64,000 nt of DNA from an uncultured delta proteobacterium (GTDB taxonomy: Bacteria > Desulfobacterota > Binatia > UBA9968). The stretch lies in NCBI GenBank assembly GCA_963745835.1, contig CAVUZH010000015.1, forward strand, positions 32,001 through 96,000, given 5' to 3'. The notes under the pieces were generated by a model. That model made no database searches. It was not told the origin of the DNA and worked only from the letters and a program-made list of their open reading frames with translations. Each line of letters opens with the position of its first letter. Within the stretch, counting starts at the first letter, position 1. Below, in pieces: positions 30,130-40,607 of this stretch. The position numbers and the translations under genes are program-made.

Positions 30130-31329
30130 TCATAGAGCGCCGCTCTGCTTAAGCTCATGGATCGCGTCCTGATCGTAACCAAGCTCGATGAGAATTTTTT
30201 CTGTGTCGGCGCCGAGAACCGGCGGAGGCGTGACTGCTTGCGGATCTCCGCTGGCCAAGCGAAATCCTGATCGCAGGACGGCGATGTCTCTGTCGATTCC
30301 GGGGGTTGCCCCGAATCGCTGGATCAGATCACGTTCGATCGTCTGTGGATGTTGTAACACTTGAGGGATGGAGAGGACCTCGCCGCTTGGAACTCCGTTC
30401 TTATTGAAAAGCTCGGACCATTCCTTGGCGGATTTCGCCGCCAGGGCCACCTCGATCTCGCGATTAAGCTCGTGGCGTCGTATCTTGCGGTCTTCACGGT
30501 TGACGAAGCGAGGATCATTGGCGAGCTCTTTGCGGCCGATGATCTCACAGAGCCTGTTGAACTGCTCTTGTTGGTTGGCGGCAATGTTAAGAAGTCCGTC
30601 TCCGGTCTTGAAAGTTCCCGACGGGCTGGCCGTCACGTTTTCATTGCCCATCGGTTCCGGCGTTATGCCGGCGATCAGCCAATTTGAAACTGCCCAGCCC
30701 ATGGTCACGAGGGTAGCCTCGAGCATCGACACGTCGATGAGTTCACCTTCCCTATTACGCTGGCGCCGAAAAAGCGCCGCTGCCACCGCGAACGCGGCGG
30801 TGATGCCGCCAACGGTGTCGGCGATTGGATAACCGACGCGCAGCGGCGCGGAGTTTTTGTCCCCGGTTACGCTCATCACGCCTGATAGACCTTGAACAAT
30901 CTGATCGTAAGCTGGGTTATCTTTCAACGGTCCGGTTTGGCCGAAGCCCGAAATCGCGCAATAGATCAGATCACGCTTAGACTTCTTGAGCGCCTCGTAA
31001 CTGAGCTCGAGGTGATCCATGACCCCGGGGCGGAAATTTTCCACGATCACATCGGCGGTAGCCACGAGGCGACGGAAAACTTCTTTTCCCGCCGGATTCT
31101 TGAGATTGATCGTCAACGATCGCTTGCCGGCATTCTGAGCCAGGAAGGAGGCGCCCATCAGATGTTTGTTGAGCTCCGGATCGGCGCCCAATTGTCGCGC
31201 CAGATCTCCCGATTTGGGCACCTCGATTTTGATGACGTCGGCGCCAAGCTGCGCGAGCTGGTAACAGCAAAAAGGGCCGGCGAGCACATTTGTCAAATCC
31301 AGAACTCGTACGCCTTCGAGAAGCTTCAT
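30130..31329 (-). CDS. CaiB/BaiF family class III CoA transferase
   Basis: VLDLTNVLAGP, GADVIKIE, ENFRPG and ISGFGQTGP motifs. Confidence 0.95.
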   Translation of the reverse strand: MKLLEGVRVLDLTNVLAGPFCCYQLAQLGADVIKIEVPKSGDLARQLGADPELNKHLMGASFLAQNAGKRSLTINLKNPAGKEVFRRLVATADVIVENFRPGVMDHLELSYEALKKSKRDLIYCAISGFGQTGPLKDNPAYDQIVQGLSGVMSVTGDKNSAPLRVGYPIADTVGGITAAFAVAAALFRRQRNREGELIDVSMLEATLVTMGWAVSNWLIAGITPEPMGNENVTASPSGTFKTGDGLLNIAANQQEQFNRLCEIIGRKELANDPRFVNREDRKIRRHELNREIEVALAAKSAKEWSELFNKNGVPSGEVLSIPQVLQHPQTIERDLIQRFGATPGIDRDIAVLRSGFRLASGDPQAVTPPPVLGADTEKILIELGYDQDAIHELKQSGAL

Positions 31330-33047
31330 ATAAAACTGGAGTCAAAGAACTGCTGATTTGTGATTGACCGATTAGGAGTCCGCGCCGTTTCTTCAAACTT
31401 CGACAGGTATCCCTCGAAGAACGAGTCTACAAAGTTAAGGCCGATCGATCGGCCGTTCTGACAAGTTATGATTTGCGCCTGTGAAAGCACCCGCCGGAAG
31501 AGTTCCGTGCGAAACCGTTTGTTCTCGATCAATCCGTGTTTAGTCCAAAAATACATGCGGCCGGATTCGGCAAATTCTCTGAGTAGCTCAAAGCCGATTT
31601 CTATTCTGGGTGTGAAACTTCGCTGCTTCATCAAGGTTTCGAAATCCATGGAAGTCTGAAGCGGCAAGCCCTTGAGAAAATTCACAATCCGGGTTGTGAC
31701 AAAAAGCGTGTAGATTTCATCTCGGCAAAAACCTTCGGTTTCGATTGCCATTGCCGTCAGGCGCGCTCGAACGTAGTCTGTCTCGGTGAGCTCGAGGCCG
31801 CGCGCAATCGGCGCATCGGGAGTTCGATAAAAAGGCGATGCGCCGAGCAGGACCGGCAGCTGTGCGTTGAACGCAAGAGTTTGGATCATGCTGTCCAGGC
31901 TTTCATTGGGCAGGCCGAGAATCTGATAGGAGACCACTTTAAAGCCGAGCGCATGCGCTTGGCGAACGATCTTCAAATAAGCTTCCAAGGTGTGCGGCCG
32001 CTTGGTGGTTTCGCGCACGGTTTTGTCCGAAGAGACCAGCGCCAAATTCAGATGAGAAAAGCCGGCGTGATACATCAACTCCAACAGCTCGTTGTCGAGG
32101 CTTAGATAACTGATGCCGTTCATGGCAACGAACTCCAATTCGCGATCGGGAAACCGCACGATCAGCCGGCGGCAGAGTTCTTTAAAAGTCTTTTTGTAGT
32201 AGGTCAGATTGTCGTCTTCGAAATCGATCACGCGATAACCTTGCTGATAGCGGAACTCGATTTCTTCAAGCACGTTCTCCAGTGAACGCCGGCGATAATT
32301 CGTGCCGAAAGTGGTGTGCACGGAACAGAAAGAACACTTGTGCGGGCAACTGCGCGAGCTAATCATGAAGGTCATCGGTTTGTCGGCAAACTGATATGCC
32401 GAAGGAGCCGTGTCGCTTAGGTCTGGAAACGGCAGCTCGTCGATGGGGAAGTTTTCGCCCATCGGATTGGAGCAGTGCCGGTCGTTTCTTTTGTAGCTCA
32501 GATTCGGCACGCTAGCGATGCCGTTTTCGCCTCTGAGATAACGCAACAGTTCCACCAAAGGTTTCTCACCCTCGCCGCGAATGACGTAATCCACCGACGG
32601 CGAAGCCAGCATGGATTCAGGCACGGCCGAAGCATGGGAGCCGCCGACGACGATCGGTATACCGAGGTGTTTCTTAACCCGCGCAGCAATCTCCAACACC
32701 TCCCGAAAATACGGCGTGAACAGCGAAGATATGCCGACGACATCGGGCCTTATTTCCGCAATCTCTTTTTCGATCGCCTCGAAAGGCTTGCCGAAATGGT
32801 AGTACCTGTCGAAAGTCGAGAACGGCGATTTGTCCGCTACCGGGTAATAACCTTTAAGGTAAAGCAGCTCTTTGGGGATCGCCACCGTCCGGCGACCGCA
32901 GCCGGCGTGATAATCTTTGATGATGACGTCGACTCCGGGCAGATGCTTGTTTACCGCAGCTTTAAGATAAGCAAGCCCGATCGGCTGGAGGCGCACGTCG
33001 GTGTCGTAGAAATCTTGAACCGGTGGTTGGATGAGCAGAAGCTTCAT
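31326..33047 (-). CDS. Cobalamin-binding radical SAM protein
   Basis: N-terminal B12-binding domain (DVVGISS, VGGSHAS, GEGE) and CPHKCSFC motif. Confidence 0.9.
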   Translation of the reverse strand: MKLLLIQPPVQDFYDTDVRLQPIGLAYLKAAVNKHLPGVDVIIKDYHAGCGRRTVAIPKELLYLKGYYPVADKSPFSTFDRYYHFGKPFEAIEKEIAEIRPDVVGISSLFTPYFREVLEIAARVKKHLGIPIVVGGSHASAVPESMLASPSVDYVIRGEGEKPLVELLRYLRGENGIASVPNLSYKRNDRHCSNPMGENFPIDELPFPDLSDTAPSAYQFADKPMTFMISSRSCPHKCSFCSVHTTFGTNYRRRSLENVLEEIEFRYQQGYRVIDFEDDNLTYYKKTFKELCRRLIVRFPDRELEFVAMNGISYLSLDNELLELMYHAGFSHLNLALVSSDKTVRETTKRPHTLEAYLKIVRQAHALGFKVVSYQILGLPNESLDSMIQTLAFNAQLPVLLGASPFYRTPDAPIARGLELTETDYVRARLTAMAIETEGFCRDEIYTLFVTTRIVNFLKGLPLQTSMDFETLMKQRSFTPRIEIGFELLREFAESGRMYFWTKHGLIENKRFRTELFRRVLSQAQIITCQNGRSIGLNFVDSFFEGYLSKFEETARTPNRSITNQQFFDSSFI

Positions 33048-33089
33048 AGACGCTTTTGAGCTATAGACGATTCGCGTTCGGCACCAAAG

Positions 33090-33830
33090 TTAGGTCATGA
33101 TCCTCCCGCCGTTCACATGGATCGTTTGTCCCGTTATGTGCTTGGCTGCATCGCTGGCTAAATATGCCACGGCTTCGGCGACGTCTTCCGGCCTGCCGGC
33201 ATGACCCAGTGGAATTCTCTTGGCTGCGGCTTCCCATTCCGCATCGGTGTAGTTTGCTCTGACGCGAGGCGTCGCGATTCGTCCGGGCGCAATGGCGTTG
33301 ACGCGAATGCCGATGGTTGCGAGCTCAAGGGCCAAGGATCTCGTCAGGCCCAATATACCGGCCTTTGCGGCCGCATAGGCGGAGCGGCTGGGATCGCCGC
33401 TGAAAGCAATATCCGATGAAATGTTTACGATCGAACCGGATTTTTGGGTCTTCATTATTGGTATAGCAGCCCGGCAACAAAGAAACGTCGATGTCAGATT
33501 TGCATCGATGACGGCTTGCCACTGTGCGAGCGGAAACTCATCGAGCAGATGCCGGTGCATGCTCCCACCGGCAACGTTGACCAGAACATCGATCTGGCCA
33601 TGTTCGGCTTTGATCTTATCGAAAGCTGACTGCACTTCGCTTTCTTGCGTTACATCAACGCGTGAAAACGCGACAGGTATGCCGCGTCTGCGAAATTCGG
33701 CAGCAACTTTAGCGCCCGCCTCATCATTGATATCCAAAATGCCCACGATTTGTTTCTCTCTCGCTAGGCATTCGGCGACCGCCTGGCCGATGCCACCGGC
33801 TCCTCCTGTTATCACCGCGATTTTGTTCAT
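33090..33830 (-). CDS. Short-chain dehydrogenase/reductase (FabG-like)
   Basis: TGGAGGIG and YAAAK motifs. Confidence 0.95.
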   Translation of the reverse strand: MNKIAVITGGAGGIGQAVAECLAREKQIVGILDINDEAGAKVAAEFRRRGIPVAFSRVDVTQESEVQSAFDKIKAEHGQIDVLVNVAGGSMHRHLLDEFPLAQWQAVIDANLTSTFLCCRAAIPIMKTQKSGSIVNISSDIAFSGDPSRSAYAAAKAGILGLTRSLALELATIGIRVNAIAPGRIATPRVRANYTDAEWEAAAKRIPLGHAGRPEDVAEAVAYLASDAAKHITGQTIHVNGGRIMT

Positions 33831-34315
33831 ACGGATCCCCTTCAGGTTACGTTAACCGTCCACTATCGCGTGCATTGGCTGTGCATCAATGTATTGCGAT
33901 GCCTTTCCGGCCAAACTGGTTATGGCGGCGCAGTCCTTCTCAACGGCGACGACAGCGCCACAGTCACGAATAAACATTTTAGGGGTTCTTAATCGGTTTT
34001 GGCACCCTTCACGGAGCACTGTCAACGCGTCCATCGCTTCGGCAGTAATCACGGCTGTTATCCGCGTGTGAGCTGCCAGACGCGTGCTGGCGGCTGCAAC
34101 CTAACGGTCGAGCTTTCAAGTCAATGAAATTCGCTTAAAGCAAAGCCTCGCTAGGCAATCATCAACCAGCAACATTCCACTATGTTCCCTTTCTTGAATG
34201 CACCGGTTGTTCGTCTCGTCTTAATCCTTTTTCCCCTTGACAGTAAGTCGCGGTTCGTGATGATTTACCGCGGCGGCAAATCCTTTTAACGATCGACCCA
34301 TTCCACGGAGGAGCT

Positions 34316-35632
34316 ATGAGGCATTGGAGCTTGTGGTGTGTTAGCGCATTGATTTTCGTGTTTGCTGATTTCGCATCGGCGAAAGAAGTGGTGATCGTCA
34401 CATCTTTTCCCAAGGAACTCTTCGAAACCTACAAAAAAACCTTTGAGGCCAAGCATCCGGGCATCAAAGTCATCATCAACAGCAAACAAACCAATGCCGG
34501 AGTCACTTACCTGCGCGAAACCAAGGCGAGACCTGAGGCGGATATTTTTTGGGTCAGCGCTCCCGATGCTTTCCAGACCCTGGAGTCCGACGGCTTATTG
34601 GAGAAGTATGCGCCACCCAAGGAAATCATGGGCCGAATCCCGGCAAAGATCGGCGACTATCCGATTCACGATCCGGACGGCAACTACTTCGGTTTTGCCA
34701 TCAGCGGCTACGGCTTGATGTGGAATAAAAATTATCTCAAGGCGCACAAGCTCACGGCTCCCAAGGAGTGGACGGACCTCACCGACGGAAGATATCACGG
34801 CCATCTGGTGATCAGCGCGCCCTCGCGCAGCGGCACGACGCATTTGACGGTGGAAACCATTCTCCAGGCCTACGGCTGGGACAAAGGTTGGGCTTTGTTA
34901 ATCAATTCCGGCGGCAACATGGGCAGTATCACCGAACGGAGTTTCGGCGTCCCTGAAGCAGTCATCAGCGGCCAGTATGGCATCGGTGTGGTGATCGACT
35001 TCTTCGGGTTATCGGCGATCGCCAGCGGCCAGCCGGTGGAATTTGCTTATCCGTCTTTGACCTCGGTGGTTCCGGCCAGCGTTGCTATCGTCAAGGGCGG
35101 GCCTAATCCGGAAAATGCGCGGGCATTTGTCAATTACCTCCTCAGTGAAGCGGGTCAGACGGTGCTTTTTACACCGGAGATTGCCCGGTTGCCGGTGATC
35201 CCCGAACTCTATTCGAAAGCGCCGAAAGATTACCCGAATCCATTCAAGACAAAGATGGGCGGAGTCAGTTTCGACGACAAACTATCATCCGGACGGCGCG
35301 ACGTGGTGAATTCTCTGTACGATCATATCATCACCTTCCGGCATAACGAGTTGAAAGACGCATGGGCCGCTATCTACCGGGCCGAAGCGGCGCTCGCCAA
35401 GAGCAAAAGCGCCAATGCCGCTCAAGGGAAAACCCTCGTTGCCGAAGCCAGGAAAGTCGCGAGCCAGGTGCCGATCAATGATCAGCGAGCCAGTGACAAG
35501 GAAGTCACGGGTGCGTTTAGATCGAAGTCAGGTCTCAAGGCGCAACTTGAAACGGAATGGGAAAACCTCGCCAAGGCGAACTACGCCAAGGCAAGAGAGC
35601 TGGCAGCTAAAGCGCTCGCTTCAGCCAAGTAA
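34316..35632 (+). CDS. ABC substrate-binding protein (Fe3+/phosphoglycerate PgtC-like)
   Basis: Signal peptide; VIVTSFPKEL, PSRSGTTH and IDFFG; GGAGG RBS. Confidence 0.85.
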   Translation: MRHWSLWCVSALIFVFADFASAKEVVIVTSFPKELFETYKKTFEAKHPGIKVIINSKQTNAGVTYLRETKARPEADIFWVSAPDAFQTLESDGLLEKYAPPKEIMGRIPAKIGDYPIHDPDGNYFGFAISGYGLMWNKNYLKAHKLTAPKEWTDLTDGRYHGHLVISAPSRSGTTHLTVETILQAYGWDKGWALLINSGGNMGSITERSFGVPEAVISGQYGIGVVIDFFGLSAIASGQPVEFAYPSLTSVVPASVAIVKGGPNPENARAFVNYLLSEAGQTVLFTPEIARLPVIPELYSKAPKDYPNPFKTKMGGVSFDDKLSSGRRDVVNSLYDHIITFRHNELKDAWAAIYRAEAALAKSKSANAAQGKTLVAEARKVASQVPINDQRASDKEVTGAFRSKSGLKAQLETEWENLAKANYAKARELAAKALASAK

Positions 35633-35689
35633 ACGCAATTTGGAATTCGCGCGCGGATGTTCGGCAGCTGAGCTGGCTACGAGAGTCCT

Positions 35690-37396
35690 ATGGAGCTGAC
35701 TCAAGTCGGCGTTGCTGCGCGCTGGCGCGCAGGCGTAGACTGGTGGCAAAACGGCATTCTTCTAGTGCTGCTGGTCATTCTCACGGCGTTTATTCTTTAC
35801 CCGGTCTTGAGTGTCCTGTGGATCTCGCTTTCCGATGATCAAGGCAGCCTGACCTTTATTCACTTCGCTAATTTCTTTCATCGCCCGCTTTTTCGCGAGG
35901 CCTTGTGGAACACCTTGCTCAGCGGCGCTCTGGTGGTTTTGTTTGGCGCGCTTTTGGGAGTTCCGCTGGCTTACATCATCGCGCGTTATGATTTTAGGGG
36001 GAAACTGTTACTGCAAACCGCGGCGACTCTCCCTTTGGTGGTGCCGCCGTTTGTTGGCGCGGTGGCGCTGCAGCTGATTCTGGGTCGCAGCGGCATGGTC
36101 AACCTGCTCCTGATGAGCTGGTTCGATACCACGATTCCTTTTATGGAAGGGTTGACCGGCGTCATTCTCGTGCAAACCTTGCACTTCTTCCCATTCATTT
36201 TACTCAACACGGTTGTGTCGCTGTCGAACGTCGACTCCTCTCTCGAAGAGGCGGCGCAAAACCTCGGCTGTAAGGGTGTTCGCCTTTTCCGGCGCGTGAC
36301 CCTGCCGTTGATGCTTCCCGGCTTTACCGCCGGCGCTCTCCTGACGTTTATTCGAGCGATCGACGATCTGGGCACGCCGTTGATGCTGAACTACAAGAAC
36401 CTGCTCGCGCCCCAGGCTTACCTGAGAATCACGACCATCGGCATGGACGACGTCGACGGCTATGTCGTCTGCGTCGTGCTGGTGGTGATTTCTCTGGCTT
36501 CGCTGCTGGCGGCCCGCAAGTATCTAAGCCTCGCCGAATACGCCACCGTGCAGCGCTCCGCTTCCAGCGCCAAGCCGCTCTACGGCAAAAGGCTGGCGCT
36601 CGTCTGGCTGATCAGCGCGCTCATTTTGGCCGTGAGCCTGTTGCCTCACATCGGCATCGTTTTGCTGTCGTTCTCCAAGATCTGGAGCTTTACGCTGCTG
36701 CCGTCCACGTATACGTTGGACAACTATGCGGATATTTTTTTTCGAGTGCCTCACTTCGTGGTCAACACGTTGATCTATACTATCCTCGCGGCAACGCTCG
36801 ATGTGATTCTTGGCGCCGTGATCGCGTTCCTGCTGTTGCGCAGTCGGGTGCGGGGAAGGAATGTTCTTGACGCCATCGCGACGATGCCGCTGGCGATTCC
36901 AGGCGTGGTTCTCGCTGTCGGCTATCTGCGCGTTTTTCACGGGTGGGATTTCCCCGGAATCGGCGCGCCGTTGACCTCATCCTGGCTGATTCTGGTGATC
37001 GCTTACACGATGCGGCGACTGCCCTACACCGTGCGCGCCAGCTACGCCGCTCTCCAACAAGTTCATGTCACTCTCGAAGAATCGGCGCAAAGTCTCGGAG
37101 CGAACCGGTTTGGCACTTTCAGGAAAATTACCCTGCCGATGATCACCGGAGGTTTGCTGGCCGGCGGATTGATCGCTTTCGTCACTTCATCCGTGGAGCT
37201 CGCATCCACTATCATGCTCGTGCCGCGGATTGAATTGGGACCGATTTCCTATGGGATTTACCTGTACATGCAGAGCCCGCTCGGCCGGGGCGCGGGCGCT
37301 GCGCTGGGAGTGATAGCGATTCTATTAGTGGCTATCGGAACTTATCTGACGCACCGAATCTTCGGCGGCCGCGCCGGTAACGCTTTTCGTATCTGA
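35690..37396 (+). CDS. Iron(III)-type ABC permease
   Basis: Two EAA loops (LEEAAQNLG, LEESAQSLGA); about 12 TM segments. Confidence 0.9.
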   Translation: MELTQVGVAARWRAGVDWWQNGILLVLLVILTAFILYPVLSVLWISLSDDQGSLTFIHFANFFHRPLFREALWNTLLSGALVVLFGALLGVPLAYIIARYDFRGKLLLQTAATLPLVVPPFVGAVALQLILGRSGMVNLLLMSWFDTTIPFMEGLTGVILVQTLHFFPFILLNTVVSLSNVDSSLEEAAQNLGCKGVRLFRRVTLPLMLPGFTAGALLTFIRAIDDLGTPLMLNYKNLLAPQAYLRITTIGMDDVDGYVVCVVLVVISLASLLAARKYLSLAEYATVQRSASSAKPLYGKRLALVWLISALILAVSLLPHIGIVLLSFSKIWSFTLLPSTYTLDNYADIFFRVPHFVVNTLIYTILAATLDVILGAVIAFLLLRSRVRGRNVLDAIATMPLAIPGVVLAVGYLRVFHGWDFPGIGAPLTSSWLILVIAYTMRRLPYTVRASYAALQQVHVTLEESAQSLGANRFGTFRKITLPMITGGLLAGGLIAFVTSSVELASTIMLVPRIELGPISYGIYLYMQSPLGRGAGAALGVIAILLVAIGTYLTHRIFGGRAGNAFRI

Positions 37397-37397
37397 C

Positions 37398-38491
37398 ATG
37401 CAAGCGGCTAGTGTCAGACTGGAAAATGTCGGAAAACGTTACGGCGATCACTGGGTAGTTTGCAGTGTCACCCTGGATATCAAGCAGGGAGAGTTCTTCA
37501 CCTTTCTCGGACCCAGCGGCTGCGGCAAAACGACCTTGTTGCGGATCGTTGCGGGATTTGTTGCATCCGACCAGGGGGTCGTCTATTTGGACGACCAACC
37601 GATGAACCATGTGCCGCCCTGGCGCCGGGACATCGGCCTGGTTTTTCAAAACTATGCCCTGTGGCCGCACCTGAGCGTCTTCGAGAACGTCGCCTTCGGT
37701 TTGAGAGAACGGAAAGTTGCGCGCGGCGAGATCGAGCGCCGCGTCGCTGCGGCTCTCAAGCAAGTTGATCTTGCCAGGAGCTGAGAAACGACGTCCATCA
37801 CAGCTTTCCGGCGGCCAACAGCAAAGAGTCGCTCTGGCGCGCACACTGGTGATCCAGCCGCGAGTGCTGCTTCTTGACGAGCCTCTCAGCAATCTTGACG
37901 CTAAACTGCGCATAGAAATGCGCCTAGAGCTGCTCAAGCTGCAACGGGACCTCGGGCTGACGACGATTTATGTGACGCATGATCAGGAGGAAGCTTTAGC
38001 CATGTCGACCCGCATCGCCGTTATGAGGGACGGCAAGGTCATACAACAAGGTAAGCCGCGCGAGATCTACGAGCAACCCGCCGATAAATTTGTCGCGGCA
38101 TTTTTGGGGCATGCCAATCTATTTTCAGGTCAAGTCATCTCCTCCGGCGAGGGGTCGATCGACGTTGATGTCGGCGGCGGCCTCGCCATACGCGCCGGCC
38201 GCGTGACGGCCTCGATTCCTCCTAGAGGTAGAAAGGCTCTTTCTCAGTGTTCGTCCCGAGGCCGTCGAGCTCCAGGAGATCGGCAAGGTTTGCAACGGCG
38301 TCAATCACATCAAAGGACACGTGATCGCGGCTGCGTACCGAGGATCGCTTATCGAATATGAGATTGCTGCCGGTGATCACGCCATCAAAGCTCACGTCGT
38401 CAATCCCAAGGGAAAACCCTTGTTTGAACGAAATCAGCCAGTGTGCCTCCGCTTCGCTCCCGAGGATGTAACTTTAGTCAGCGGTGATTGA
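37398..38491 (+). CDS. ABC ATP-binding protein (FbpC/PotA-like) with two +1 frameshifts (near 37775 and 38230)
   Basis: GPSGCGKTT in the first ORF; LSGGQQQR and [10 protein letters not shown] in the second; TOBE tail LSVRPEAV...FAPEDVTLV in a third frame, ending at TGA 38489-38491. Confidence 0.85.
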
Positions 38492-38633
38492 CAGCATCAT
38501 GATCATCACCCGTCTGCCCGGATTTCGCGGTCGAGTTGGGAAAGGCGGAGAAAAGAGGTTATGTATTCTGATGCGCCTGGCTTGATGCCGCCCAGGGCCA
38601 AAGACGAAATTCCAAAGCTTAGGCTGGGATCCT

Positions 38634-39242
38634 ATGAAAAAACGAAAATACCTTTTGATAGTGCCATTCACTGTGGTGTTCATCTCAGCCATATCGGCGT
38701 TGATTTACACCCAAAGATTCGCCCAAGAGGCGGCAATTCTAAAAATAAATCAACAGTACGAAAAAAAGACGGTAATAAAAACATCAACAATTCCCGGTGC
38801 CGGCAATGGATTATATGCGGCAGTGAAAATCAACAAGGACGAAATTATCGGTGAATTGGGTGGCCGCCTGGTTTCTGATGACGATGAGTCCCATGGCAAT
38901 CACTATATCGCATCAATCCCTGAATGTGCTTGGGAAAAAACTCACCCCTACAAGTATATCGACTCTAAAGAGCATGGCGGGCATGTCAGCCGCATCAATT
39001 TCGCCCCAAGCGAGATCAACGGAATAGCAACGCATCTGCAAAACGCTACGATCAAACAAATCTGCGAATATCCGTATTTTATCTATATTGCCGTGAGAGA
39101 TATCGAACCCGGAGAGGAAATCTGGTCGAGTTACGGCCCGGATTATGGCTACAACCACTTCATGAACATTCCCGAGGTGCGAGATTTTTTCTGCGGGCTG
39201 GTAAAGCTTGACTGCCGCGATCGATTTACCTTCTCTCATTAG
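38634..39242 (+). CDS. SET-domain protein with N-terminal membrane anchor
   Basis: STIPGAGNGLYA, SRINFAP, AVRDIEPGEEIWSSYG SET motifs; MKKRK followed by a hydrophobic stretch. Confidence 0.85.
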   Translation: MKKRKYLLIVPFTVVFISAISALIYTQRFAQEAAILKINQQYEKKTVIKTSTIPGAGNGLYAAVKINKDEIIGELGGRLVSDDDESHGNHYIASIPECAWEKTHPYKYIDSKEHGGHVSRINFAPSEINGIATHLQNATIKQICEYPYFIYIAVRDIEPGEEIWSSYGPDYGYNHFMNIPEVRDFFCGLVKLDCRDRFTFSH

Positions 39243-39444
39243 AACCGGCACGAGATCGGCACGACGAGCTGCATGCCTAGCGCTGTCGGCGGCAATTAGC
39301 ACCAGTGATAACCGAGTTCCTACGCCTTACATAAGCTTCTCAGCCGCGAATATGTCTGATCAGAGTGGCGGATCTCGGCGCCGTTGTGATATCGCTCAGG
39401 CGAGACTTTCATTCTAAGCTGCGCGAAATCGGGGGCAGTAGTCG

Positions 39445-40512
39445 ATGAAGATAGAGACCGTTGAAACCACCGTGCTCGAGATGCCGTACACCAAGCCATT
39501 GATTACGGCGACCAATCATTTCACCGTCGCTCGCGGGCTGCTCGTCAAAGTCGTTACCGACGGAGGCGCCCAGGGCTATGGCTATTCGGATCTTTTTCCG
39601 CGCACCGGTGAGACGCCGGAGACCGCGCGCCACGTCATCGACGCGGTGCTCAAGCCGAAAATCAATGGGCGTGAATTAGAAGATTTGGCTCGCATAAGGG
39701 CGGACGTGGATCACACGCTGACCGGCAACCCAAGAGCCAAAGCCGCATTAGAATGCGCTTTGTACGATGCGCTGGCGCGCAGCGTCCATATTCCGTTGAA
39801 TCTGCTGTTGGGCGGGCGTTATCGAAATGAAATCAGAGTGATCAAAATGATCAGCGTCGGCCAGCCGGAGATGATGGCCAGTGAAGCCAAACAGGTGGCC
39901 GATGAAGGACTCGCGCTAAAGCTCAAGATGAGCGGCAGGATTGGCCTGGACCTGTCCCGTGTCGCCAAAGTGCGCCAGGCCGTCGGCGATGATGTATTCA
40001 TCAAGGTCGATGCCAACGAAGCCTACGATGCCAAGACTGCGATCCGTCTTGCCAAGGGCTTGGCCGACCATGGCGTGGAAATCTTTGAGCAACCCGTGCC
40101 GCGCGATCAACTCGGCGCGCTCTGGGAAGTTAAAAAACATTCGCCGATAAAAATTGAAGCGGATCAGTCGGTGCGCACCGTAGCCGATGCCGCCTACTTG
40201 ATCAAAGAGCGCATGGTGGATTCGATCAACACCGGTATCCAAAAGATCGGCGGCATCCAGGAGGTAAGGAAAATTGCCGAGTTGTGCGAACAGACCGGCA
40301 TAAGCTGCGCGCTCTCCAATACCGCCGGTAGCATGGTGGGCGATGCTGCCGCGGTGCATCTTGCCGCGAGCATGCCGGGGATCTCGCCTCTGTGTGAGCT
40401 CGGAGAATTTGAGGTTGTTTCCGGAGACCCATTCTTTGGCCTCGCGGTCGAAAAAGGCGCCATAGAAATACCCAAAGGGGAGGGCTTGGGTGTAAGTCTC
40501 AGAGGATTGTAA
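39445..40512 (+). CDS. Enolase-superfamily (muconate cycloisomerase/epimerase subgroup) enzyme
   Basis: KLK, VDANE, EQP and ADQS metal/catalytic pattern. Confidence 0.9.
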   Translation: MKIETVETTVLEMPYTKPLITATNHFTVARGLLVKVVTDGGAQGYGYSDLFPRTGETPETARHVIDAVLKPKINGRELEDLARIRADVDHTLTGNPRAKAALECALYDALARSVHIPLNLLLGGRYRNEIRVIKMISVGQPEMMASEAKQVADEGLALKLKMSGRIGLDLSRVAKVRQAVGDDVFIKVDANEAYDAKTAIRLAKGLADHGVEIFEQPVPRDQLGALWEVKKHSPIKIEADQSVRTVADAAYLIKERMVDSINTGIQKIGGIQEVRKIAELCEQTGISCALSNTAGSMVGDAAAVHLAASMPGISPLCELGEFEVVSGDPFFGLAVEKGAIEIPKGEGLGVSLRGL

Positions 40513-40522
40513 CTGCGGTGAG

Positions 40523-40585
40523 GGAGTAATGGAGTGGTGGAGTAAAGGGCTTGGGAATCGCGATACTCCAATCCTCCAACTCCAG
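40523..40585. repeat. 8-bp periodic inverted repeat (TGGAGTRR / ACTCCA)
   Basis: ggagtaa-tggagtgg-tggagta ... tactcca-atcctcca-actcca. Confidence 0.65.
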
Positions 40586-40607
40586 CTTTTTGTTCCGGGA
40601 GATTTTA

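Noticed and set aside
33852-34300. Small ORFs or a riboswitch between the SDR and the iron-type ABC operon
   Set aside because: No convincing RBS, homology motif or riboswitch consensus; only a TTGACA promoter-like site near 34237.
37782-37784. TGA ending the first ABC ATPase ORF as a selenocysteine codon
   Set aside because: The downstream homology continues in a different frame, so this is a frameshift, not readthrough.
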